Source of the DNA: Dehalococcoidia bacterium
GTDB lineage: Bacteria > Chloroflexota > Dehalococcoidia > Plut-88900
Assembly: GCA_965197585.1 (NCBI GenBank)
Contig: OZ240215.1
Coordinates: 3,168,001 to 3,232,000, forward strand
DNA length: 64,000 nucleotides
Direction of reading: 5' to 3'
This document shows, piece after piece, positions 9,158-17,007 of this stretch; positions within the stretch are counted from its first letter, which is position 1; each line of letters starts with the position of its first letter. A program made the translations under genes and the position numbers. The notes under the pieces were generated by a model. That model was not told the origin of the DNA, ran no database searches, and was given only the letters and a program-made list of their open reading frames with translations.

Positions 9158-9714
9158 TGGTGCAGTTTCGTCGCGGCTTCAAGGCCCGAGCCAACGACAT
9201 AGCTCTGGGTCTTCGAAAACAGGCGGGACTATCCAAGACGGCACCACTCGATCCCAGGGACGTTTTAGACCGACTATTTGTTCAGGTTGTACCGCTTAGC
9301 AACTATCTGGATTCTTGCGCCCGTAGTGCCGCAACTTTTCTCTCCTCTTCTGTAGATTTCTCGGCCATGCTTCTTCGAGTCGGCCAAAATCGGCGCATCA
9401 TCCTCCATGATGATTCTCATAGCAAACGGCGGCAGAACAGTGATTTGGCTCACGAATTAGCTCACATTCTCTTGGTGCACCCTGGTGAGGTCGTTTGTGC
9501 GGAGAATCTGGCAAGGAAACCAGATTCTCTGATCGAGGCGGAGGCCGCATACTTGGGCGGATGCATTCTTCTCCCTAATGAGGCTGCTTATCGCCTCGCT
9601 GTTCAGGGGGTTGATGTCAGTAAAGCCGCCATTAGATATGGAGTAAGCGAGAACATGATCGCATACCGATTAAGGATGAGCGGTGCCCTCAAGAGAGTTC
9701 AACGTTTCAAATGA
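9154..9714 (+). CDS. ImmA/IrrE family zinc metallopeptidase
   Basis: RRQNSDLAHELAH (HExxH), EAEA..LLP and a C-terminal HTH-like segment; overlaps the XRE stop codon. Confidence 0.88.
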   Translation: MMVQFRRGFKARANDIALGLRKQAGLSKTAPLDPRDVLDRLFVQVVPLSNYLDSCARSAATFLSSSVDFSAMLLRVGQNRRIILHDDSHSKRRQNSDLAHELAHILLVHPGEVVCAENLARKPDSLIEAEAAYLGGCILLPNEAAYRLAVQGVDVSKAAIRYGVSENMIAYRLRMSGALKRVQRFK

Positions 9715-9807
9715 TGTACCTACTGAGTACTAGCGACGAATTTGCTAGTCGAGTGCTATGCTGCTTTCACCCGTATCATCAGGCAGGGGTGACTTCGCCC
9801 CACCCCC

Positions 9808-9965
9808 CCACCTAGCACCCCTCGACAACAACTTCGCCTTCGAAGTCCAGGGCCTCGACATCTGCTCGGGCCTCGACGACGCCCAGGTCCGCACCCTCGA
9901 TGACGCCTGGGCCAATCAGGGAGTGCTCGTGTTCCGCTGCCAGTCGCTTTCGGAGGAGGAACTGG
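9808..9965 (+). pseudogene. Diverged duplicate of the 5' end of the tauD-family gene
   Basis: 158 bp colinear with 3537-3694 (PLDNNFAFEVQGLDI..QSLSEEEL); no native start codon; truncated. Confidence 0.9.
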
Positions 9966-10074
9966 ACGATGTGGCTAGGGAGTGGTTTGGTAGGCGTTAG
10001 TCCACCACTTCGACAAGATCGGGAACGTTACCTTGGCGCTCTATTGAACCCCCCCCACCCCCCTCCGTCATTCC

Positions 10075-11130
10075 TGTAAGTGTTAGGTAATTCGTTGACA
10101 GATTGGTATAAGAGGCCAACACCAATCTGGAGGCGAGAATGCGAGACAATAGCAAGGACCTCACCCTTGAGCGGAACTACATTCAGAAGTGGCGGTTCCT
10201 CATCCATGAGTATCAACTGGTCAAGGCAGGGAAGCATCCCCGTTTCCGCTTCGCCCAGGACTTCTACTCCTTCCACGGCACTAGCCGTCAGACCTTCGCC
10301 AAGTACTACAACCGGTTCCTCCTCTCCCCCTCCGACAACGCCTTCCTCCCCCGTAAGCGGGGTCCCGGGTGGAAGTCCCGCCGCACCCTGCCCTACATTG
10401 AGCAGAAGGTCATCAACGAGCGCCTTAACGGTACCAACCGTTACGAGATCTATGCCATACTCAAACCCATCCTTAAACACAACACCCCTAAGCCCTCCAC
10501 CATCTACGCCATCACCAGACGCCACGGTTTCAATAGGCTCACAAAGCCGATGCAGCAGTCGAAGCGCAAGATCATCAAGACCCGGGCAGGAGAGCTGGGC
10601 CACCTGGACAGCCACTACCTCAGCCGGGATACCATCGTGGGCACCAAGCACCGCTACTACCTGGTGGGCCTCATCGACGCCTACACCCGTCTGGCCTGGG
10701 CCGAAGTGGTCGGAGACATCAAGAGTCTCTCCGTTATGTTTGCTACTCTGAAGTCCATCAATTTCCTTAACGTGGAGTACGGCATCCAATTCGAGGCCAT
10801 CCTCACCGACAACGGCCCCGAGATGGCCTCCCCAAGGAACACCGAGGGCCACCCCATGGAACGGATGCTCAATGAGCTGGGCATAAAGCACCGCTACACC
10901 CGCCCTTATAGGCCCCAGACCAACGGGAAGATAGAGCGGTTCTGGAGAACCTTGAACGAGGACCTGCTGGAGGGGACAACCTTCGAATCGGTCTCGGAAC
11001 TGAAGGACGAGCTTCAGCAATACCTGATCTACTACAATACTCAGAGACCCCACCAGGCAATGGACGGAAAGACCCCTTTGGAGACCCTTAAATCCACCTA
11101 ATTCTGTCAACGAATTACCTGACATCCACA
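10075..11130 (+). mobile_element. IS481-family insertion sequence, apparently complete
   Basis: TGT..ACA ends; 28-bp imperfect TIRs (tgtaagtgttaggtaattcgttgacaga / tctgtcaacgaattacctgacatccaca); ATTCC direct repeats at 10070-10074 and 11131-11135. Confidence 0.92.
10139..11101 (+). CDS. IS481-family DDE transposase (rve integrase core)
   Basis: GHLD, ILTDNGPE and TRPYRPQTNGKIERFWRTL motifs. Confidence 0.93.
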   Translation: MRDNSKDLTLERNYIQKWRFLIHEYQLVKAGKHPRFRFAQDFYSFHGTSRQTFAKYYNRFLLSPSDNAFLPRKRGPGWKSRRTLPYIEQKVINERLNGTNRYEIYAILKPILKHNTPKPSTIYAITRRHGFNRLTKPMQQSKRKIIKTRAGELGHLDSHYLSRDTIVGTKHRYYLVGLIDAYTRLAWAEVVGDIKSLSVMFATLKSINFLNVEYGIQFEAILTDNGPEMASPRNTEGHPMERMLNELGIKHRYTRPYRPQTNGKIERFWRTLNEDLLEGTTFESVSELKDELQQYLIYYNTQRPHQAMDGKTPLETLKST

Positions 11131-11180
11131 ATTCCGGCCGCCGAGAGCCGGAATCCATCCCTCTCCCCCAGTACTGAATT

Positions 11181-11280
11181 AGAGGCCCACGTGCGTGCAG
11201 AGTACGCACGTGGGCCTCTATTCTTATCTTCCCCTCTCCCTTAATGGCCCTAAGGGAGAGGGGGATTAAGGGGGTGAGGG
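11181..11280. repeat. Long palindrome (agaggcccacgtgcgt..acgcacgtgggcctct) plus a ccctctccc..gggagaggg repeat
   Basis: Inverted repeats visible directly in the sequence. Confidence 0.7.
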
Positions 11281-11331
11281 TTCCCCGGTGGGGCTGGGGG
11301 CGGTGTTCCCCCAAAAAGTGACACGAACCCC

Positions 11332-11361
11332 TTGACCAGAGTTGTACCTATGTACTATATT
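11332..11361 (+). promoter_or_regulatory. Sigma70-type promoter with an overlapping GTAC-N4-GTAC palindrome (possible LexA box)
   Basis: TTGACC-N18-TATATT; GTACCTATGTAC at 11344-11355. Confidence 0.55.
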
Positions 11362-11546
11362 CACCCCCGACTAGCTCGTCACTCACCCTAACTATCTCAA
11401 GGAGGAACCAAAAACCCAGGGAAGCCCACCCGACCCACCCGAGGACTCAACGCCTAAGCCCATCCCAACGGCCCATACACGGGGCCCGCGGCACAAGCGA
11501 ACGTCGCCATCTCCTCATCCCACGGGTCCCGTGCCCCTTCCCTGTC

Positions 11547-11985
11547 GGCAGGCGATGGAAGATGCCTGGACAGAGCCGTAGTGGACCGGCCATACCCCGC
11601 CGAGACCCCGTCTCGGTGGTCGGTTAGCAGCGAGCTTACGCTTTATCAAGCAAGGGGTGGCGGACCGGCTATCCCCGGCCGAGACTCCCTCTCGGAGGTT
11701 GGCCCGCCTGCGAGCTTACGCCATATCAAGCAAGGGGCTGATGGGCCGCCTGGACCCTCGGGTGGCCCACGTAAATACGAAATCTGAGGGGGCTACTGCC
11801 CGATCACTGGCCCCCACCATGCCTGAGGGCATTCAGAGGCGGGGTCACAGCCGGACTATCTCCCCGGAGAGTCCGAGTTTATCATCGAGCATTAGGGGTG
11901 GCAGGGCTTCCAGGCCTCGGAGCAGCCTAACAACCGCCAGAAACTCGGGGCAAAACCGTCCGGCCAGCACCTTCCATCGCCTGCC
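11547..11985 (+). ncRNA. Candidate large structured non-coding RNA of about 440 nt, family not recognised
   Basis: 15-bp perfect closing helix 11547-11561/11971-11985; two structured tandem units 79 nt apart; several further helices whose wobbles are G-U on the + strand; no credible ORF. Confidence 0.65.
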
Positions 11986-12029
11986 CCTCCCAAACAAACC
12001 AAAACCCCACAATCGAAGATCCGCCTCAG

Positions 12030-12054
12030 GAGGACTGAATAAAAGCAGTCCCTC
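12030..12054. terminator. Hairpin between the candidate ncRNA and the convergent ino1 gene
   Basis: ggactg-aataaaag-cagtcc stem-loop. Confidence 0.35.
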
Positions 12055-12072
12055 GGCGAGCCATTACCCCCC

Positions 12073-13581
12073 TTAATCCCCCCGGTAATACTCCATTCCG
12101 AGATGCGTGATCTGCTCCTCTCCCATCAGCCACCGCAGGGTGTTTTTGAGCTTCGTCTGCTGTATGAACAGGTCGTGCTCCGGGTACACCGACGGCGCGT
12201 GCTGCGGGCTCTTGAAGTAGAACGACAGCCACTCCTGGATGCCTGCCATGCCTGCCCGTTGTGCCAGGTCCATGAACAGCACCAGGTCCAGTACTAGCGG
12301 AGCCGCCAGTATCGAATCTGAGCACAGGAAGTTGACCTTCAGCTGCATCCGCCGCCCGAGCCACCCAAACAGGTCGATGTTGTCCCAGCCCTCCTTGTTG
12401 TCTCCCCGGGGAGGGTAGTAGTTGATTCGCACCTTGTGATAGGCGTCCTTATACAGGTCGGGATACAGGTCGGGCTGCAATATGTATTCCAGTACCCCTA
12501 GCTTCGACTCTTCCTTCGTCTTGAAATTCTCGGGCTCGTCCAGCACCTCGCCGTCCCGGTTCCCCAATATGTTCGTCGAAAACCAGCCATTCAATCCAAG
12601 CATCCTGGCCTTCAGCATCGGACCGATCACGGTCTTTACCAAGGTCTGGCCGGTCTTGAAGTCTTTTCCGCATATCGGCACGCCCTGGTCCCGGGCCAGC
12701 TTCTCAAGAGCGGTAACATCCACGGTCAGGTTGGGAGCCCCGTTTATGAAGGGCACCCTCTCCATCAATGCTGCGTAAGCGTAGATCATGGAAGGTGCGA
12801 TGTTTTCGTCGTCGTCATGAAGCGCCTCAACGAAATTTTCGATGTTTCGATGGGCCTCGGTCTCCGTAATGAATTTTTCGGTCGAGGCGCACCAGGCCAT
12901 AACCAGCCGGTCACAGTTGTTCTCTTCCTTGAAACGTCGGATATCGCTGCGTATAGCCTCCACGGCGGCGACCTTGGAGCCAGGCGATTTGACATTGGTC
13001 CCGTTGATGCGCCGGACGTAATCATTGTCGAAAATAGCCGGCATAGGCTCGACCGACCTCAGGAAGTCGGCTATGGGCTCCACCTGTTCATGCCGGTCCA
13101 AAACACCCGCGTTTACCGCCGAGTCGTAAGCGTTGTCGGGGATCGGGTCCCAGGCCCCGAATACCAGCTGGTCCAGCTTTGCCAGGGGAACGAAGTCCCG
13201 AATGAGTGGCGACCGTTTGTCAGGTCGCTTCCCGAGACGAATGGTGGCCATCTGAGACACCGATCCCACCGGTTGTCCCGTCCCCCGCTTGATATGCTCG
13301 ATGCCTGCGATAAAGGTGGATGCCACCGCCCCCAAACCCACCATCAGGACACCGAGTTTCCCGCTGACTGGGCTGATACTGGGGGCGGCTGTTGTTACGA
13401 AATCCTTAGGTTCCAAGTTGATCCCTTTCTCATGTGAAAGTTCCATTAGCCGCTCGTGCCACTGCGATGGTATGCGTCCAGTATTTGCCCAGTGCTGCAC
13501 CGTGCTTTGGCGTTTGCCCAGCAGTGCCGCCAGCGCCGACTGACCACCGAAACGATCGATTATCTGCTTTGCGTTGTTCAT
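12073..13581 (-). CDS. ino1: Myo-inositol-1-phosphate synthase with an N-terminal Cro-like HTH extension
   Basis: VGLGAVAST, WCASTE, FINGAPN, GKDFKTGQT, NILGNRDG and DSILAAPLVLDL motifs; first ~60 aa FGGQSALAALLGKRQSTVQHW..GRIP. Confidence 0.92.
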   Translation of the reverse strand: MNNAKQIIDRFGGQSALAALLGKRQSTVQHWANTGRIPSQWHERLMELSHEKGINLEPKDFVTTAAPSISPVSGKLGVLMVGLGAVASTFIAGIEHIKRGTGQPVGSVSQMATIRLGKRPDKRSPLIRDFVPLAKLDQLVFGAWDPIPDNAYDSAVNAGVLDRHEQVEPIADFLRSVEPMPAIFDNDYVRRINGTNVKSPGSKVAAVEAIRSDIRRFKEENNCDRLVMAWCASTEKFITETEAHRNIENFVEALHDDDENIAPSMIYAYAALMERVPFINGAPNLTVDVTALEKLARDQGVPICGKDFKTGQTLVKTVIGPMLKARMLGLNGWFSTNILGNRDGEVLDEPENFKTKEESKLGVLEYILQPDLYPDLYKDAYHKVRINYYPPRGDNKEGWDNIDLFGWLGRRMQLKVNFLCSDSILAAPLVLDLVLFMDLAQRAGMAGIQEWLSFYFKSPQHAPSVYPEHDLFIQQTKLKNTLRWLMGEEQITHLGMEYYRGD

Positions 13582-13647
13582 AGTGGCAAACGATAACAGT
13601 TTTTTCGTTAATTAACAACTTCCGTTCCTTCAACACCCTCCCTCCCT

Positions 13648-13680
13648 CCGTCATTCCGGCCCCCGAGCCGGAATCCATCC
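13648..13680. repeat. REP-like palindrome ccgtcattccggc..gccggaatccatcc
   Basis: Near-identical to copies at 8162, 14797 and 21614. Confidence 0.8.
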
Positions 13681-13938
13681 TGCGGGGCATGATGGGAGCT
13701 GGTTTCCCTTCCACTCCCGTACGGGAGTGGCCGCACACCCTGCTGCAGATGGAATATCCGCCTGTGGAGGAACCGCTGAGGCGGAAGCCAAGCTCAAGGG
13801 TCGAGCGGATGCGCATCTTTCGTGCAAGCCTTAGCACCTTTTGGGCATTCCACTACCCTCTGGCCCCCCGCCCCCCTTGCCGCATTGGACACGACTGGAC
13901 GTCTGTCATGTAATATGTCCCTACTGAGGGGTGCGAAA

Positions 13939-14160
13939 ATGAAGTTGATCGAGGCCGGAAAGTTCAAGGAGCAGTGCTTGGCGCTGCTGGACGATCTGGA
14001 CGCCGAGGGCCTAATCGTTACGAAACACGGCAAGCCCGTCGCCCGAGTCGTTCCTTACGCTAGCCACGCAGCCGACCTCATAGGCAGCCTGCGCCACAAG
14101 GTCGAGGTTAAAGGCGACGTGTTTACGACAGGCCTCCGGTGGAGTGCACATGCTCAATAA
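13939..14160 (+). CDS. Phd/YefM family antitoxin (orphan)
   Basis: MKLIEAGKFKEQCLALLDDL..IVTKHGKPVARVVP signature. Confidence 0.85.
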   Translation: MKLIEAGKFKEQCLALLDDLDAEGLIVTKHGKPVARVVPYASHAADLIGSLRHKVEVKGDVFTTGLRWSAHAQ

Positions 14161-14174
14161 GGCGTCTTACTAAC

Positions 14175-14714
14175 ATGGTCGCCCCCGCCCCCAACTCCTA
14201 CTGGGTAGTCCCCGGCTCCTTCGCCGCGGGCGAGTACCCCGGCGACGTGGACCCGGCCCGCGCCGCAAAAAAGCTCAGGCGGCTCCTTGAAGCGGGCATC
14301 GACCACTTCATCAACCTGACCCAGCCCAACGAGCTCGAACCTTATGACGGGATCGCCGAGGAACAAGCCGAGTTCCTTGGCATAACCGTCGGCCATGAAC
14401 GCAGCTCGATAGTCGACCTGAACACCCCCGACAGCCCCATGTACATGACCGCCATCCTGGACGCCATCGACTCCTCCCTTGCTGCGGGTAAGACCATATA
14501 CGTCCACTGCTGGGCGGGTGTAGGGCGCACGGGGACCGTAGTCGGGTGCTGGCTCGTGCGCCATGGACGCTCCGGCGACGAGGCCCTCGCCCAGATCGCC
14601 GAATGGTGGGAGGGTATGGATCAGTTGAAGAGGTCCATCCACCCCACCTCCCCGGAAACGAGCCGCCAGAAGACATACATAAGAAACTGGTCCAAGCTCT
14701 CGGGTGAAGGTTGA
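14175..14714 (+). CDS. Dual-specificity/protein-tyrosine phosphatase family protein
   Basis: VHCWAGVGRTG CX5R loop; NSYWV..AGEYPG N-terminus; SPET..Q. Confidence 0.9.
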   Translation: MVAPAPNSYWVVPGSFAAGEYPGDVDPARAAKKLRRLLEAGIDHFINLTQPNELEPYDGIAEEQAEFLGITVGHERSSIVDLNTPDSPMYMTAILDAIDSSLAAGKTIYVHCWAGVGRTGTVVGCWLVRHGRSGDEALAQIAEWWEGMDQLKRSIHPTSPETSRQKTYIRNWSKLSGEG

Positions 14715-14796
14715 TAGAGAACTAGGAAACCTCTGAATAAGTCATTGCCGCCATCCTCTTATGCCATTTCTCCTATCTTCGTCATCCCTCCTATCT

Positions 14797-14872
14797 CCGT
14801 CATTCCGGCTCCCAAGCCGGAATCCATCCGCGGGTGGGGCCGCTCGTGCTGAGGCCCTCGAAGTATGAGCGG
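14797..14872. repeat. REP-like palindromes
   Basis: ccgtcattccggc..gccggaatccatcc followed by ccgctc..tcgaag..gagcgg. Confidence 0.75.
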
Positions 14873-14881
14873 GGGGAATGT

Positions 14882-15052
14882 TTGACCAAGCAGGGCATTG
14901 TGGGCACGCACAACCGCTTCTCCCCCAAGCACCTACAGAGGCACACTACCGAGTTCGACGGGCGGGACAACGATTCGCCCAGCGACATCCTCGACCAGAT
15001 GAAGGGCATGCACCGGAAGCGGCTCACTTACGATGCCTTGCCCTCTGACTAG
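14882..15052 (+). pseudogene. C-terminal remnant of an IS1595-family transposase
   Basis: KQGIVGTHNRFSPKHLQRHTTEFDGR.N..KRLTY resembles the IS1595 C-terminal consensus. Confidence 0.7.
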
Positions 15053-15330
15053 AGCCTCTGGACGGTTATGTTGCCCCAATTGTCTACTTGGACTATCTCC
15101 CGCCGCTCACCCCGAGTGATGCCGAGCACCAACCAGATCACTCCCCAGATCAGACAGGTAAAGAGGGTGATGATGGCGTGGAGCACGTGGTTGACCCGGT
15201 GACCGTAGATGAGCACGGCCTGAAAATCTGATTGTGATTCTACCCTCGCTCCCTGGGCTACTGAAAAGGAGATGTGCTGTGCTAGCATCTCTTTTCGCTG
15301 TTCAGTAGATATTCCATAAGTCTCAGGCAC
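15049..15330 (-). CDS. Small hypothetical membrane protein
   Basis: GTG start at 15330 after GGAGG; NHVLHAIITLFTCLIWGVIWL hydrophobic segment. Confidence 0.7.
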   Translation of the reverse strand: MPETYGISTEQRKEMLAQHISFSVAQGARVESQSDFQAVLIYGHRVNHVLHAIITLFTCLIWGVIWLVLGITRGERREIVQVDNWGNITVQRL

Positions 15331-15362
15331 GAAAACCTCCTTCTCGTCCACTCTAGAGCTGG

Positions 15363-15926
15363 TTAAAGGGATCGTGAGGGTGGATGGGGATTGGGAACCG
15401 TAATAAGGCTCCGAGACCACTCCTGTCGCTGGGCCTCCGCCGTCGAGGGAGTGATGTTCTCTCCCCCTGTCCTCTCCCAGAGCCAGTCCCCGAACTCCAA
15501 CGCCCACAGGGGTTTAGTGAAGTCGGGCACGGTGGTGGCACCCGCCTTGGACTGCACGTTGAGGGTGTAGCCGCTACCTCTGACGGATTGGGTGACGGCC
15601 ATTGACGCTCCGTCGGCTTTCAGGCTTCGCCAAGCTGTCTGGGAGATAGGATGCCACCCGTTGATGGCGGAATACCTCTGGGCCTCGTTGAAGTTTCGAC
15701 GGGTTTCCACTTTGTCCCACACCTTTAGCCCTAGACCGACCAAGAGGGCGGCCCCCCAGTAGAGGAGGAAGATGAAGAACAGGAGGCCCCAGATTAAGGC
15801 GGCCGTGCTTGGTTCCTCGGCATCTACGTCCACCACTACGAGAAATCCGACGAAGAATATGAGGGTGAAAAAGCCCGTCGGTATCAGGGATACGAGAAGC
15901 CAGAACCCGACTCGCCCTTTGCTCAA
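15363..15926 (-). CDS. Hypothetical membrane protein (2 TM plus a soluble domain)
   Basis: TTG start after AAGGGGG; two hydrophobic helices. Confidence 0.6.
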   Translation of the reverse strand: MSKGRVGFWLLVSLIPTGFFTLIFFVGFLVVVDVDAEEPSTAALIWGLLFFIFLLYWGAALLVGLGLKVWDKVETRRNFNEAQRYSAINGWHPISQTAWRSLKADGASMAVTQSVRGSGYTLNVQSKAGATTVPDFTKPLWALEFGDWLWERTGGENITPSTAEAQRQEWSRSLITVPNPHPPSRSL

Positions 15927-16278
15927 AGTGGAACCCCCTTGCAAGCGATAGGTATTTCGATCATTGCTTAGGCAGTCGTGCTTCCTCGGCGGGCAAGAGA
16001 GCATGAGTGACCTCATGCTCTACTCGCATTTAACCGAGGATCGACTACCTAAGCGGGCGTAAGGTACACTCTCTCTAGGAATGCGTCAACGAGTACCGCA
16101 CAGGCGTTCCAATTTTGGGGGAGTGGGGTTATAATTTATCCAACACGGATAAGACGAAAGACAGAAGCCCATTCGAGAGGTACCACATTCCCGCCTCCTT
16201 AGAGAACCTCCTGACGATGGTGGTGAAGGGGTAAAAGCTTAAGAAGGGTGAGGAGCAAGTAGGAGAGAAGGACAAAGA

Positions 16279-16440
16279 GTGATCACGCTAGGAGTGGCAA
16301 TTATCATGGGTGGGATAGGAGCCACCCTTTTTGGGGGAACAGCAACTGCTATGCGGCTACCGCCGCAGATCTCAGGAATAGCTGGTGCAGTTGGCTTCTT
16401 CCTGCTGTTCTTGATTTATCTCTGGAATTCCTTGAACTAA
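16279..16440 (+). CDS. 53-aa two-TM peptide (not in the ORF track)
   Basis: GTG..TAA encoding MITLGVAIIMGGIGATLFGGTATAMRLPPQISGIAGAVGFFLLFLIYLWNSLN, with a purine-rich AAGGA RBS. Confidence 0.55.
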   Translation: MITLGVAIIMGGIGATLFGGTATAMRLPPQISGIAGAVGFFLLFLIYLWNSLN

Positions 16441-16471
16441 TTGCAAAGTTAAGAAAAGGGAATAAACCAAG

Positions 16472-16708
16472 ATGACAAATCTAGAGGACATCAACAACCG
16501 ACTGGGCCGTATGGACTCGAGGATACAGCGAGTTGAGACTACAGTCGTGAATATGTTCGAGGTGGTGAAACTCATGTCCGATACCCTGCTCCCGATGTCA
16601 GAAGAGGTTTCTCAGATCAAGGGGGATACGTCGAGGATCGTGAAGGTTATCGGTGAGATACAGATCGACGTAGAGATTATCAAAGGGTATCTGAATTCAG
16701 AAAGCTAG
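16472..16708 (+). CDS. Small coiled-coil hypothetical protein
   Basis: Heptad-like pattern, AAGGGA RBS, lower GC. Confidence 0.6.
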   Translation: MTNLEDINNRLGRMDSRIQRVETTVVNMFEVVKLMSDTLLPMSEEVSQIKGDTSRIVKVIGEIQIDVEIIKGYLNSES

Positions 16709-16729
16709 ACACAGAGGTCAGAGCGATAG

Positions 16730-16993
16730 ATGACTATTGACGAAGCTGACAAAGATGCGATGGCAGACTGGTTTGAGAGACTGGATAGGGACAGAGAAGC
16801 TCTGTTAAAAGAGTGTAGAGACTTAGAGAGACAGCCAGGTGGGCCATTTATACGGTACAGTGGTGAGCGAGGGGCCACGCCTTACTTGTTTAAGTATCTT
16901 GAAGATATTCAGAAAGTTTTGGTTATGTTAGACCACAAGCTCAACGAGCTAGAAAAACAAAAGAACAACGCTACCCACCCTCCGAAGGGATGA
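16730..16993 (+). CDS. Small hypothetical protein
   Basis: 87-aa ORF co-oriented with its neighbours, lower GC. Confidence 0.55.
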   Translation: MTIDEADKDAMADWFERLDRDREALLKECRDLERQPGGPFIRYSGERGATPYLFKYLEDIQKVLVMLDHKLNELEKQKNNATHPPKG

Positions 16994-17007
16994 GGTAAGG
17001 AATTCTC

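Noticed and set aside
9758-10000. 80-aa ORF as a functional gene
   Set aside because: Chimera of intergenic sequence and the tauD fragment, lacking all catalytic residues
11643-11670. SAM-I riboswitch-like ttatcaag..ggtgg..ggaccggc
   Set aside because: No GCAACC or GTGC elements, no P1 partner, and no downstream gene on that strand
11738-11783. Hammerhead-like CTGATG..GAAA
   Set aside because: The core reads CTGATGG and GAAA does not directly follow the stem
11864-11951. RNase P-like strings ggagagtccgagtt and cagaaactcgg
   Set aside because: Only about 60 nt apart, they pair as a local helix, and the other RNase P conserved regions are absent
11547-11985. Retron msr/msd or CRISPR interpretation of the inverted and tandem repeats
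   Set aside because: No reverse transcriptase or cas gene in the window; only two units and no unique spacers
14868-14877. 10-bp match AGCGGGGGGA to the tRNA 3' part (17015-17024) as a possible att site
   Set aside because: Short, low complexity and part of a REP end; no integrase present
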